Shown here: in pieces, positions 1-11,190 of the stretch
Layout of the letters: each line of letters opens with the position of its first letter
How positions within the stretch are numbered: the first letter of the stretch is position 1
IMG/VR virus record: IMGVR_UViG_2695420871_000012
Strand: one strand, 5' to 3'
Source of the DNA: a virus
Lineage: Duplodnaviria; Heunggongvirae; Uroviricota; Caudoviricetes
DNA length: 29,870 nt
Position numbers and translations under genes: made by a program
The notes under the pieces: generated by a model
What the model was told of the DNA's origin: nothing
Database searches by the model: none
What the model saw: only the letters and a program-made list of their open reading frames with translations

Positions 1-158
1 TATATTAAAATATTTTCTCCATCTGGAAATATTTTAGCCACACAATATAAAGCAGCTGAATCCGAATTACTTAAAAATATATTATCATCACCCATAACTC
101 CAGCCATTAAATGACTGGAGACTAAAGCAAGGAAATAACAACATTGTATTGCCTTCAT
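1..158 (-). CDS. Partial CDS (5' end only, runs off window start): hypothetical protein directly downstream of the Rhs toxin tip, candidate Rhs immunity protein; hydrophobic N-terminus MKAIQCCYFLALVSSHLMAG
   Basis: ATG at 158-156 (minus) lies 2 nt after the Rhs stop (160-162); open frame continues to window edge; AT-rich like the toxin tip. Function inferred from position only. Confidence 0.3.
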   Translation of the reverse strand, partial: MKAIQCCYFLALVSSHLMAGVMGDDNIFLSNSDSAALYCVAKIFPDGENILI

Positions 159-159
159 T

Positions 160-1095
160 TTAATTACTCCCTTGCCTGATAATTGTAACTCCATTCCCTT
201 TAGCTTTGGGATTATATTTTAGATAGGTGTTATTTGGTGTTCCCAAGTAACTACTGTATTCTTTTTTTCCCATTCCATTCATATAAGAATTCGTTAAATC
301 TTTGCTTGAAAAATTTAGACTATCATAAACATCATTTTCTTTTGTTACTTTATTTCCTTTATCGTCAGAGTAAAAACCGTGAGTGTGATAATCGCCTACT
401 CTCTCTGAACCTTCAGGGCATTTTATATTTCGCAAGTCTACACTATCATTATCATTTGAACTTATCGGATTCATGGGGAAATATTCACCTTGCTTCTTAC
501 ATATTAGTCCACCATATTCTTTATTCTCGTTAATTGATTCTCCATTACACATTGCCAATGCAAATATTCCAATATCATCAATATTTTTTGATTTAAATTC
601 ATATAATCCTAATGGATCCATGCTATTCACCGGGCTCAGCGGATATGTATACAGGTTCCATCCCCCCTTCAGCCCAATCGGATCCTGAGTGATATACCGC
701 CCCTGCAGCGGGTCATAATAGCGGTGGCGGTTATAATACAGGCCGGACTCCTCATCATACTGCTGCCCCGGCAAACGAATAAGCTGCTGCAGCTGATGCG
801 GGTTCTCTTCATTCAGCAGGTTGCCCCATTCATCATATTCCCGGCGTATTTCCAGCCCGTCAGGCCCGGTGGCTGACGTTAACTGGCTGTGGTGGTTATA
901 GTAAAACGCCGATGCCCTGCCATCCGGCGTGGTGATGCGCGTGATGAGACCCGTCACCACATCCGGGCTGTATTCTGTTGTCCGGCCTGCGGCATCCGTC
1001 TGTGTCCTGAGCCTGCCCACGGCGTCAAACTGACTCTGCGTGACGCTGCCGTCCGCGTGTTCCTTTTTCACCACCCGCTTCAGCCCGGCTTCACC
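160..1095 (-). CDS. Rhs-family protein C-terminal fragment: end of conserved RHS core (…[40 protein letters not shown]) followed by ~150-aa AT-rich variable toxin tip; 5'-truncated (no credible start, in-frame TAG at 1096-1098, IS end at 1106)
   Basis: ORF track 160..1074 plus in-frame extension to 1095; RHS core hallmark DPxGL at ~607-621 (minus); sharp drop in GC content after the motif. Confidence 0.7.
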   Translation of the reverse strand, partial: GEAGLKRVVKKEHADGSVTQSQFDAVGRLRTQTDAAGRTTEYSPDVVTGLITRITTPDGRASAFYYNHHSQLTSATGPDGLEIRREYDEWGNLLNEENPHQLQQLIRLPGQQYDEESGLYYNRHRYYDPLQGRYITQDPIGLKGGWNLYTYPLSPVNSMDPLGLYEFKSKNIDDIGIFALAMCNGESINENKEYGGLICKKQGEYFPMNPISSNDNDSVDLRNIKCPEGSERVGDYHTHGFYSDDKGNKVTKENDVYDSLNFSSKDLTNSYMNGMGKKEYSSYLGTPNNTYLKYNPKAKGNGVTIIRQGSN

Positions 1096-1164
1096 CTACG
1101 TGTGCTGTCAACGCCACGATGTTTGACCGTTATTTGCCATTTTCATGCCCGCTAAATACTTTCG

Positions 1165-3134
<1,970 letters not shown>

Positions 3135-3324
3135 GTTGATGTCCTTTCTGGTGTGAGAACCTTAAGGAAACAACATGTTGGGTGGAGCGGACAATCCAAA
3201 TGGCGAATTACCGTCTTATATCACTGGCGCTGACATCTCCGGATGACGGGGGCAGCTGTTATCTCTGGCTCAACCGTGGGCAACCACCCGCAGTTAACCG
3301 GCGACGATAAACGCAGGGTGAATT

Positions 3325-3900
3325 ATGGCGATAAAAGGGCTTGATCAGGCGATTGACAATCTGAGCCGGGTTCGTAAAAACGCCATTCCGGCTGCTTCTG
3401 CAATGACCATTAACCGCGTGGCCACAACGGCGATTAATCAGTCTTCGTCACAGGTTGCCCGGGAAACCAGGGTGAGACGGAAACTGGTAAAGGAACGGTC
3501 CAGACTGAAACGGGCGACGGTCAGAAATCCGAATGCCAGAATTATCGTTAACCGCGGTGATCTCCCTGTGATTAAGCTGGGGATCAGAATGCTGGGGCGT
3601 CGTCCGAACAGCATACTCAAAGCCGGTCAGCATCGTTATCAGCGGGCATTTATCCAGCGATTAAATAATGGGCGCTGGCATGTTATGCAACGTCTTCCCC
3701 AGGCCAGATATGAGGAGGGCAATGACGACAAGGGAAGGAAAAAGCGTAATCGCCTTCCCATTCAGGTGGTGAAAATCCCGATGGCGGCCCCACTGAAACA
3801 GGCATTTGATGAGAATGTTGACCGTATCCGGCGTGAACGCCTGCCTAAAGAACTGGCATACGCGCTGAAACAACAACTGAGGATTGCGATAAAACGATGA
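3325..3900 (+). CDS. Z: Lambda Z-like tail completion protein
   Basis: 191 aa, recognisably similar to lambda gpZ from start (MAIKGL…) to end (…RERLPKEL.YAL..QLR…IKR); synteny with U, V, G. Confidence 0.85.
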   Translation: MAIKGLDQAIDNLSRVRKNAIPAASAMTINRVATTAINQSSSQVARETRVRRKLVKERSRLKRATVRNPNARIIVNRGDLPVIKLGIRMLGRRPNSILKAGQHRYQRAFIQRLNNGRWHVMQRLPQARYEEGNDDKGRKKRNRLPIQVVKIPMAAPLKQAFDENVDRIRRERLPKELAYALKQQLRIAIKR

Positions 3901-4292
3901 AACACACTGACATTCGTGCCGCAGTGCTGGATGCACTCGAGCAGCATGAACACGGGGCGACGCTGTTTGATGGTCGCCCCGTTGTTTTTGACGAAGAGGA
4001 TTTTCCTGCGATCGCGGTTTATCTGACGGATGCAGAGTATACCGGTGAAGAGCTGGATGCAGATACCTGGCGGGCCACACTGCATATTGAGGTGTTTTTA
4101 CCGGCACAGGTACCTGATTCGGAGCTCGATCAGTGGATGGAAAGCCGGATTTATCCGGCGATGACTGCGATCCCTGCACTGGCAGGACTGATTACCACGA
4201 TGGTTACGCAGGGCTATGAGTATCGTCGTGATGACGATATGGCGTTATGGAGCTCTGCGGATCTGACTTATTCCATTACATACGAGATGTGA
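3897..4292 (+). CDS. U: Lambda U-like tail tube terminator protein
   Basis: 131 aa, same length as lambda gpU; start overlaps Z stop (ATGA). Confidence 0.88.
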   Translation: MKHTDIRAAVLDALEQHEHGATLFDGRPVVFDEEDFPAIAVYLTDAEYTGEELDADTWRATLHIEVFLPAQVPDSELDQWMESRIYPAMTAIPALAGLITTMVTQGYEYRRDDDMALWSSADLTYSITYEM

Positions 4293-4299
4293 GGACGAT

Positions 4300-5052
4300 A
4301 TGGCAACACCAAATCCCCTGGAGCCGGTAAAAGGTGCCGGTACCACTCTGTGGGTTTACAACGGCAAGGCTGATGCTTATGCAAACCCGTTGTCAGACGA
4401 TGACTGGCAGCGACTGGCTAAGGTGAAGGATCTGACGCCGGGCGAGATGACGGCTGAATCCTATGATGATAACTACCTGGATGATGAAGACGCGGACTGG
4501 AGCGCGACCGGGCAGGGGCAGAAATCTGCAGGTGATACCAGTTTTACGCTGGCCTGGAAACCGGGAGAGGAAGGCCAGAAAGGGCTTATAGGCTGGTTTG
4601 AAAGCGGCGATGTCCGGGCCTATAAAATCCGTTTTCCGAATGGCACGGTGGATGTGTTTCGTGGCTGGGTCAGCAGTATCGGTAAGGCCGTGACGGCGAA
4701 AGAAGTGATCACCCGCACGGTGAAAGTCACTAACGTGGGTAAACCTTCTGTAGCGGAAGAACGCAGCAAAATTACGCCGGTCAGTGCGATTAAGGTGACG
4801 CCGACATCCGGTACGGTGGCAAAAGGGAAAACAACCACCCTGACGGTTTCTTTTGAGCCGGAAAGTGCAACCGACAAGACGTTCAGAGCGGTTTCCGCCG
4901 ATCCGTCGAAAGCCACCATTAGTGTGAAAGATATGACAATTACGGTAAACGGCGTGGCGACAGGTAAGGTGCAGATCCCTGTGGTGAGCGGAAATGGTCA
5001 GTTCGCCGCAGTGGCTGAAGTCACCGTTACTGAAGCGGGCGCTGCAGGGTAA
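4300..5052 (+). CDS. V: Lambda V-like major tail tube protein with C-terminal Ig-like domain
   Basis: 250 aa; conserved stretches such as [65 protein letters not shown]. Confidence 0.9.
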   Translation: MATPNPLEPVKGAGTTLWVYNGKADAYANPLSDDDWQRLAKVKDLTPGEMTAESYDDNYLDDEDADWSATGQGQKSAGDTSFTLAWKPGEEGQKGLIGWFESGDVRAYKIRFPNGTVDVFRGWVSSIGKAVTAKEVITRTVKVTNVGKPSVAEERSKITPVSAIKVTPTSGTVAKGKTTTLTVSFEPESATDKTFRAVSADPSKATISVKDMTITVNGVATGKVQIPVVSGNGQFAAVAEVTVTEAGAAG

Positions 5053-5065
5053 ACGGAGGTAATAC

Positions 5066-5497
5066 ATGTTTCTGAAAACAGAACAATTTGAATATAACGG
5101 TGTGTCTGTCACGCTTTCCGAATTGTCTGCGCTGCAGCGTATCGAGCATCTTGCCCTCCTGAAACGGCGTGCAGAACAGGCAGAATCCAGCGGCAACCTG
5201 CAGGTAAGCGTGGAAGATCTCGTCAGAACCGGCGCGTTTCTGGTGGCGATGTCCCTGTGGCATAACCATCCACAGAAAACGCAGTCACCGTCAATGAATG
5301 AGGCCGTGATGAAGATAGAGCAGGAAGTGCTCACCACCTGGCCTGCCGATGCCATTGCCCGGGCGGAAGACGTGGTGTTGTGCCTGTCCGGGATGATCGA
5401 AGCTGTTCGTCCGGATACTGATATTACTGAAGTGGCGAAAAATAACACGCTGACTGATGATGATTTTTCTGCGGGAAAGTCTTCGACGGCGAGCTGA
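5066..5497 (+). CDS. G: Lambda G-like tail assembly chaperone
   Basis: 143 aa (MFLKTE…); ends just after the slippery heptamer. Confidence 0.85.
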   Translation: MFLKTEQFEYNGVSVTLSELSALQRIEHLALLKRRAEQAESSGNLQVSVEDLVRTGAFLVAMSLWHNHPQKTQSPSMNEAVMKIEQEVLTTWPADAIARAEDVVLCLSGMIEAVRPDTDITEVAKNNTLTDDDFSAGKSSTAS

Positions 5498-5937
5498 ACT
5501 TTGCCCTCAGACTGGCGCGTGAGATGGGGAGACCCGACTGGCGCGCCATGCTTGCCGGGATGACATCCACCGAATATGCCGACTGGCACCGTTTTTACCG
5601 CACGCATTATTTTCAGGATACCCAGCTGGATATGCATTTTTCCGGGCTGACGTACGCTGTACTCAGCCTGTTTTTTTGCGATCCGGATATGCATCCCTCT
5701 GATTTCAGTCTGCTTGTCCCCCGGCATGAGGAAGAGCAGGTGGAGAGGCCGGATGAGGACAAAATGCTGATGCAGAAAGCGGCAGGACTTGCCGGAGGCG
5801 TCCGGTTCGGTGGGGACGGAGGGCGCGATATTTTATCGTCTGCGGATGTGGCGGATGTCATGGTGGATGATGCCGCATTAATGATGGCTTCAGCGGGGAT
5901 TCCGGGAGGTGTGAGATATGTCCCAGCCGGTTGGTGA
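5066..5937 (+). CDS. GT: G-T tail assembly chaperone fusion produced by programmed -1 ribosomal frameshift at GGGAAAG (5473-5479)
   Basis: The -1 frame after the heptamer is open to 5937 and encodes VFDGELNFAL.LAREMGRPDWRAMLAGM.STEYADWHRFY, matching the lambda gpT region. Confidence 0.75.
5473..5479 (+). promoter_or_regulatory. Slippery heptamer G_GGA_AAG for the G/GT -1 programmed frameshift
   Basis: Heptamer in the zero frame of G (codons GGA AAG) at the position expected from lambda. Confidence 0.7.
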
Positions 5938-8491
5938 TCTTGTTATTGACCTGAGTCTGGATGCTGTCCGTTTCGATGAGCAGATGAGCCGGGTAAGGCG
6001 TCATTTTTCAGGTCTGGATACCGACGCCAGAAAAACCGCCAGTGCTGTTGAACAGGGCCTGAGCCGCCAGGCGCTGGCTGCACAAAAAGCCGGGATTTCC
6101 GTCGGGCAGTATAAAGCGGCCATGCGAACCCTGCCCGCACAGTTTACGGATATCGCCACGCAGCTTGCCGGTGGTCAGAATCCCTGGCTGATCCTGCTGC
6201 AACAGGGCGGTCAGGTGAAGGACTCCTTCGGCGGGATGATCCCCATGTTCAGGGGGCTTGCCGATGCGATCACCCTGCCGATGGTCGGGGTCACCTCGCT
6301 GGCGGTGGCGACAGGTGCACTGGTGTACGCCTGGTACCAGGGAGATTCCACGCTTTCAGCGTTTAATAAAACCCTGGTTCTTTCCGGTAATCAGTCCGGA
6401 CTGACTGCCGATCGTATGCTGACTCTCTCAAGAGCCGGGCAGGCAGCAGGGCTGACGTTTAACCAGGCGAGAGAGTCACTGGCAGCCCTGGTGAATGCCG
6501 GTGTGCGTGGTGGTGAACAGTTTGATGCCATCAACCAGAGTGTCGCGCGTTTTGCGTCTGCATCCGGTGTGGAGGTGGATAAAGTCGCTGAAGCCTTCGG
6601 GAAGCTGACCACTGACCCGACGTCGGGACTGATGGCGATGGCGCGCCAGTTCCGTAACGTGACGGCAGAGCAGATTGCGTATGTTGCACAGCTGCAGCGT
6701 TCCGGAGACGAGGCCGGGGCATTGCAGGCGGCGAACGATATCGCCACGAAAGGCTTTGATGAGCAGACCCGTCGCCTGAAAGAAAACATGGGAACACTGG
6801 AGACCTGGGCGGATAAAACAGGGAAGGCATTCAAATCGATGTGGGATGCCATTCTGGATATCGGTCGTCCGGAATCCTCAGCGGATATGCTCGCCAGTGC
6901 GCAGAAGGCATTTGATGAGGCGGATAAAAAATGGCAGTGGTACCAGAGTCGGAGCCAGCGCCGCGGTAAAACCTCCTCTTTCCGGGCCAACCTTCAGGGC
7001 GCATGGGATGACCGGGAAAATGCCCGTCTGGGTCTGGCAGCGGCAACGCTGCAGTCGGATATGGAAAAAGCCGGTGAACTGGCGGCAAGGGACAGGGCTG
7101 AGCGTGAGTCGTCACAGCTGAAGTATACCGGAGAGGCGCAGAAGGCGTATGAGCGCCTGCTGACGCCACTGGAGAAATATACCGCCCGGCAGGAAGAGCT
7201 GAATAAGGCCCTGAAAGACGGGAAAATCCTGCAGGCGGATTACAACACGCTGATGGCGTCGGCAAAAAAGGATTATGAGTCGACGCAGAAAAAGCCGTCC
7301 GGTGTGAAGGTGTCTGCCGGTGAGCGCCAGGAAGACCAGGCGCATGCAGCCCTGCTGGCGCTTGAAACTGAGCTCAGGACGCTGGAGAAGCACAGCGGTG
7401 CGAATGAAAAAATCAGCCAGCAGCGCCGTGATTTATGGAAAGCGGAAAATCAGTATGTGGTCCTGAAAGAGGCCGCCACGAAACGGCAGTTATCTGAGCA
7501 GGAAAAATCCCTGCTGGCCCATGAGAAAGAAACGCTGGAGTACAAACGCCAGCTGGCTGAGCTGGGCGACAAGATTGAACACCAGAAACGGCTGAATGAG
7601 CTGGCACAGCAGGCGGCGCGGTTTGAACAGCAGCAGAGCGCGAAGCAGGCGGCAATCAGCGCAAAAGCCCGCGGACTCACCGACCGTCAGGCGCAGCGGG
7701 AGTCGGAAGAGCAGCGCCTTCGTGAGGTGTACGGTGATAATCCGGCTGCGCTGGCGAAGGCCACATCTGCACTGAAGAACACCTGGTCTGCGGAGGAGCA
7801 GCTTCGTGGAAGCTGGATGGCCGGGATGAAGTCCGGCTGGGGCGAGTGGGCGGAAAGTGCGACGGACAGTTTTTCGCAGGTTAAAAACGCGGCCACGCAG
7901 ACCTTTGACGGTATTGCACAGAATATGGCAGCGATGCTGATCGGCAGCGAACAGAACTGGCGTGGTTTCACCCGTTCTGTGCTGTCCATGCTGACAGAGA
8001 TTTTTCTGAAGCAGGCGATGGTGGGGATAGTCGGGAGTATCGGCAGCGCCATTGGCGGTGCTTTCGGTGGTGGTGCGTCTGCCTCCACGGGGACGGCCAT
8101 TCAGGCTGCGGCGGCGAACTTCCATTTCGCGACCGGGGGATTTACGGGGACGGGGGGTAAATATGAACCTGCGGGGATTGTTCATCGCGGGGAGTTTGTC
8201 TTCACGAAGGAGGCGACCAGCCGGATTGGTGTCGGCAATCTGTACCGCCTGATGCGGGGCTATGCGGAAAGTGGTTATGTCGGCGGTGCCGGAAGTCCGG
8301 CGCAGATGCGGCGGGCGGAAGGCATTAATTTTAATCAGAACAATCACGTGGTGATTCAGAACGACGGCCCCAACGGGCGGGCAGGGCCGCAGCTGATGAA
8401 AGCGGTGTATGAGATGGCCCGCAAGGGGGCACAGGATGAACTCCGGCTGCAGTTGCGTGATGGCGGTATGTTATCAGGGAGCGGTGGATGA
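5918..8491 (+). CDS. H: Lambda H-like tail tape measure protein
   Basis: 857 aa (lambda gpH is about 853 aa); position between GT and M; start overlaps the T frame. Confidence 0.9.
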   Translation: MSQPVGDLVIDLSLDAVRFDEQMSRVRRHFSGLDTDARKTASAVEQGLSRQALAAQKAGISVGQYKAAMRTLPAQFTDIATQLAGGQNPWLILLQQGGQVKDSFGGMIPMFRGLADAITLPMVGVTSLAVATGALVYAWYQGDSTLSAFNKTLVLSGNQSGLTADRMLTLSRAGQAAGLTFNQARESLAALVNAGVRGGEQFDAINQSVARFASASGVEVDKVAEAFGKLTTDPTSGLMAMARQFRNVTAEQIAYVAQLQRSGDEAGALQAANDIATKGFDEQTRRLKENMGTLETWADKTGKAFKSMWDAILDIGRPESSADMLASAQKAFDEADKKWQWYQSRSQRRGKTSSFRANLQGAWDDRENARLGLAAATLQSDMEKAGELAARDRAERESSQLKYTGEAQKAYERLLTPLEKYTARQEELNKALKDGKILQADYNTLMASAKKDYESTQKKPSGVKVSAGERQEDQAHAALLALETELRTLEKHSGANEKISQQRRDLWKAENQYVVLKEAATKRQLSEQEKSLLAHEKETLEYKRQLAELGDKIEHQKRLNELAQQAARFEQQQSAKQAAISAKARGLTDRQAQRESEEQRLREVYGDNPAALAKATSALKNTWSAEEQLRGSWMAGMKSGWGEWAESATDSFSQVKNAATQTFDGIAQNMAAMLIGSEQNWRGFTRSVLSMLTEIFLKQAMVGIVGSIGSAIGGAFGGGASASTGTAIQAAAANFHFATGGFTGTGGKYEPAGIVHRGEFVFTKEATSRIGVGNLYRLMRGYAESGYVGGAGSPAQMRRAEGINFNQNNHVVIQNDGPNGRAGPQLMKAVYEMARKGAQDELRLQLRDGGMLSGSGG

Positions 8492-8817
8492 AAACCTTTC
8501 GCTGGAAAGTGAAGCCGGATATGGAGGTGAACTCGCAGCCATCGGTGCGTGAAGTGCGTTTTGGTGACGGGTACTCACAGCGTATGGCGGCAGGGCTGAA
8601 TGCTGACCTGAAAACATACAGGGTGACGCTTTCCGTGACCCGGGAGGAGGCCCGGCATCTGGAAGCGTTCCTGGCAGAGCACGGTGGCTGGAAGGCATTT
8701 TTGTGGAAGCCACCCTATGCATACCGGCAGATAAAGGTGACCTGTGCCGGGTGGTCTGCGCGGGTCGGGATGTTGCGCGTTGAGTTCAGCGCGGAGTTTA
8801 AGCAGGTGGTGAACTGA
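8488..8817 (+). CDS. M: Lambda M-like minor tail protein
   Basis: 109 aa, same length as lambda gpM; overlapping start/stop with H and L. Confidence 0.85.
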   Translation: MKTFRWKVKPDMEVNSQPSVREVRFGDGYSQRMAAGLNADLKTYRVTLSVTREEARHLEAFLAEHGGWKAFLWKPPYAYRQIKVTCAGWSARVGMLRVEFSAEFKQVVN

Positions 8818-9515
8818 TGCAGGATATTCGCGAAGAAAGTCTGAACGAGTCGGTTAAGTCAGAGCAGTCACCGCGGGTGGTACTCTGGGAAATCGACCTG
8901 ACGGTACAGGGTGGTGAGCGGTATTTTTTCTGTAATGAGCTGAATGAAAAAGGGGAGCCGGTCACCTGGCAGGGGCGTAAGTATGAGGCATACCCGATTG
9001 ACGGCAGCGGCTTTGAGATGAACGGCCGGGGCAGCAGTGCCAGACCGTCGCTGACGGTGTCCAATCTGTTCGGTCTGGTCACCGGGATGGCGGAAGACCT
9101 GCAGAGTCTGGTGGGGGCCACGGTGGTCCGCCGCCGGGTGTATGCCCGTTTTCTGGATGCGGTGAATTTCGTTGCGGGCAATCCGGAGGCGGACCCGGAG
9201 CAGGAGCTGAGTGACCGCTGGGTGGTGGAGCAGATGTCGCAGCTGACAGCCATGACGGCCTCGTTTGTGCTGGCTACACCGACCGAGACGGACGGGGCGC
9301 TGTTTCCCGGTCGCATCATGCTGGCGAACACCTGTATGTGGGATTACCGGGGAGATGAATGCGGGTATAACGGTCCTGCGGTGGCGGATGAGTTCGACAA
9401 CCCCACCACGGATATCCGTAAGGACAGATGCAGCAAGTGCATGCGCGGGTGTGAACTGCGCAGGAATGTCGGCAATTTTGGCGGTTTCCTTTCCATTAAT
9501 AAACTTTCGCAGTAA
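8817..9515 (+). CDS. L: Lambda L-like minor tail (tail tip) protein
   Basis: 232 aa, same length as lambda gpL; C-terminal Cys cluster (CSKCMRGC). Confidence 0.85.
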   Translation: MQDIREESLNESVKSEQSPRVVLWEIDLTVQGGERYFFCNELNEKGEPVTWQGRKYEAYPIDGSGFEMNGRGSSARPSLTVSNLFGLVTGMAEDLQSLVGATVVRRRVYARFLDAVNFVAGNPEADPEQELSDRWVVEQMSQLTAMTASFVLATPTETDGALFPGRIMLANTCMWDYRGDECGYNGPAVADEFDNPTTDIRKDRCSKCMRGCELRRNVGNFGGFLSINKLSQ

Positions 9516-9525
9516 ATCCCGGTTT

Positions 9526-10269
9526 ATGACACAGACTGAATCAGCGATTCTGGCACATGCCCGGCGGTGTGCGCCTGCGGAGTCGTGCGGCTTCGTGATA
9601 AGCACGCCGGAGGGGGAGCGGTATATCCCTTGTGTGAATATTTCCGCAGAGCCGGAGGCGTATTTTCGTATCGCACCGGAAGACTGGCTGCGGGCAGAGA
9701 TGCAGGGGGAGATTGTGGCACTGGTCCACAGTCATCCCGGTGGGCTGCCCTGGCTGAGCGAGGCTGACCGGCGGTTGCAGATAAAAAGCGCACTGCCCTG
9801 GTGGTTGGTCTGCCGGGGTGACATTCACAAATTCCGCTGTGTGCCACATCTGACAGGACGGCGCTTTGAGCACGGGGTGACGGACTGTTACACGCTGTTC
9901 CGGGATGCTTATCATCTGGCGGGGACTGAAATGCCGGATTTTCATCGCGAGGATGACTGGTGGCGCAACGGTCAGAACCTTTACCTGGACAATATGGCGG
10001 TCACCGGCTTTTACCGGGTGCCCCTGTCCTCTGCACAGGCGGGCGATATTCTGCTGTGCTGCTTTGGTGCTTCGGTACCGAACCATGCCGCCATTTACTG
10101 CGGCAACGGTGAGCTGCTTCACCATCTGCCTGAACAACTGAGTAAACGGGAGAGGTATTCCGAAAAATGGCAACGACGAACGCATTCAGTCTGGCGTCAC
10201 CGCCACTGGCACGCATCTGCCTTCACGGGGATTTACAACGATTTGGCCGCCGCCTCAGCCTGTATGTGA
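9526..10269 (+). CDS. K: Lambda K-like tail tip assembly protein (JAMM/MPN motif HSHPGGLPWLSEAD plus NlpC/P60-like Cys-His domain)
   Basis: Start MTQTESAIL at 9526 inside the longer ORF 9265..10269; JAMM H-x-H-x7-S-x2-D motif; 103-nt overlap with I, as in lambda. Confidence 0.85.
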   Translation: MTQTESAILAHARRCAPAESCGFVISTPEGERYIPCVNISAEPEAYFRIAPEDWLRAEMQGEIVALVHSHPGGLPWLSEADRRLQIKSALPWWLVCRGDIHKFRCVPHLTGRRFEHGVTDCYTLFRDAYHLAGTEMPDFHREDDWWRNGQNLYLDNMAVTGFYRVPLSSAQAGDILLCCFGASVPNHAAIYCGNGELLHHLPEQLSKRERYSEKWQRRTHSVWRHRHWHASAFTGIYNDLAAASACM

Positions 10270-10847
10270 ACACGGCAGCGGAAGCCATTCGCGCCCTGTC
10301 GATGCAGATGCCGGGCTTTCGCCGTCAGATGAACGAAGGCTGGTACCAGATACGTATTGCCGGTTATGACACGGCACCGGAGGCGGTGTACGCCCGTCTT
10401 CACGAACAGCTGGGTGAGGGAACGGTCATCCACATTGTGCCGCGACTGGCCGGGGCCGGAAAGGGTGGACTGCAGATTGTGCTGGGGGCGGCAGCCATCG
10501 TGGGCTCTTTCTTCACTGCCGGGGCATCAATGGCGTTATGGGGTTCAGCCCTGGCAGCCGGTGGTTTTTCTGCCACCACGATGCTGTTTTCACTTGGAGC
10601 CAGCATGATTCTGGGCGGTGTGGCCCAGATGCTGGCCCCGAAGGCAAAAACACCGGATTACCGCGCAACGGATAACGGCAGACAGAACACGTACTTTTCC
10701 TCACTGGATAACATGATTGCCCAGGGGAACCCGATGCCGGTGCCTTACGGGGAAATGCTGGTTGGCTCCCGCCGTATATCCCAGGACATCAGCACCCGTG
10801 ATGAAGGCGGGGGCGGAAAGGTCGTGGTTATCGGGCGGCAGGGGTAA
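10167..10847 (+). CDS. I: Lambda I-like tail tip assembly protein
   Basis: 226 aa; conserved ARICL.GDLQRFGRR and hydrophobic Gly/Ala-rich segment; YFSSLDNM.AQGN. Confidence 0.85.
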   Translation: MATTNAFSLASPPLARICLHGDLQRFGRRLSLYVNTAAEAIRALSMQMPGFRRQMNEGWYQIRIAGYDTAPEAVYARLHEQLGEGTVIHIVPRLAGAGKGGLQIVLGAAAIVGSFFTAGASMALWGSALAAGGFSATTMLFSLGASMILGGVAQMLAPKAKTPDYRATDNGRQNTYFSSLDNMIAQGNPMPVPYGEMLVGSRRISQDISTRDEGGGGKVVVIGRQG

Positions 10848-11056
10848 AAAGAATAAAAAAATCCCGCAGTGATCGCGGACAGGAACTGCGGGAGAGTTAC
10901 GAAGATTAAGTGTAAGGAATTATTCTTATATCACGACAAAAAAATTAACGCAGAGAAATTATACGCGCCACAGTCAGTTTGTGAAAATGTGAAGATATTC
11001 AGAATTTTTATGCCATTACCGGTTTTAACCAACAGGATTATCGGTGGGCATGAAAG

Positions 11057-11093
11057 AAAACCCCGGTATCTGCTGATACCGGGGTTTCTCTTT
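11057..11093. terminator. GC-rich stem-loop (CCCCGGTATC/GATACCGGGG) flanked by T-runs on both strands; candidate bidirectional rho-independent terminator inside the I-J insert
   Basis: Perfect 10-bp stem, 4-nt loop, followed by TTTCTCTTT on plus and TTTTCTTTC on minus. Confidence 0.45.
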
Positions 11094-11190
11094 AGCATGG
11101 CAGAAATGTGTTTCATGCTTTTCGGGCGAAGGATATCCGACTTCTGTACGGAATGGCAAGTGGCGGTTAATTTATTCAGGGGAAGGCTGT

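Noticed and set aside
4393-5727. 444-aa minus-strand ORF antisense to V and G
   Set aside because: Antisense to two well-supported tail genes; Cys/Arg-rich composition typical of a spurious antisense frame.
6391-8347. Several minus-strand ORFs (up to 285 aa) antisense to tape measure gene H
   Set aside because: Inside a long GC-rich coding gene; Pro/Arg/Ala-rich translations; no independent signals.
9265-9525. N-terminal extension of the K ORF (track start 9265)
   Set aside because: Overlaps the 3' end of L in another frame; K homology begins at MTQTESAIL (9526).
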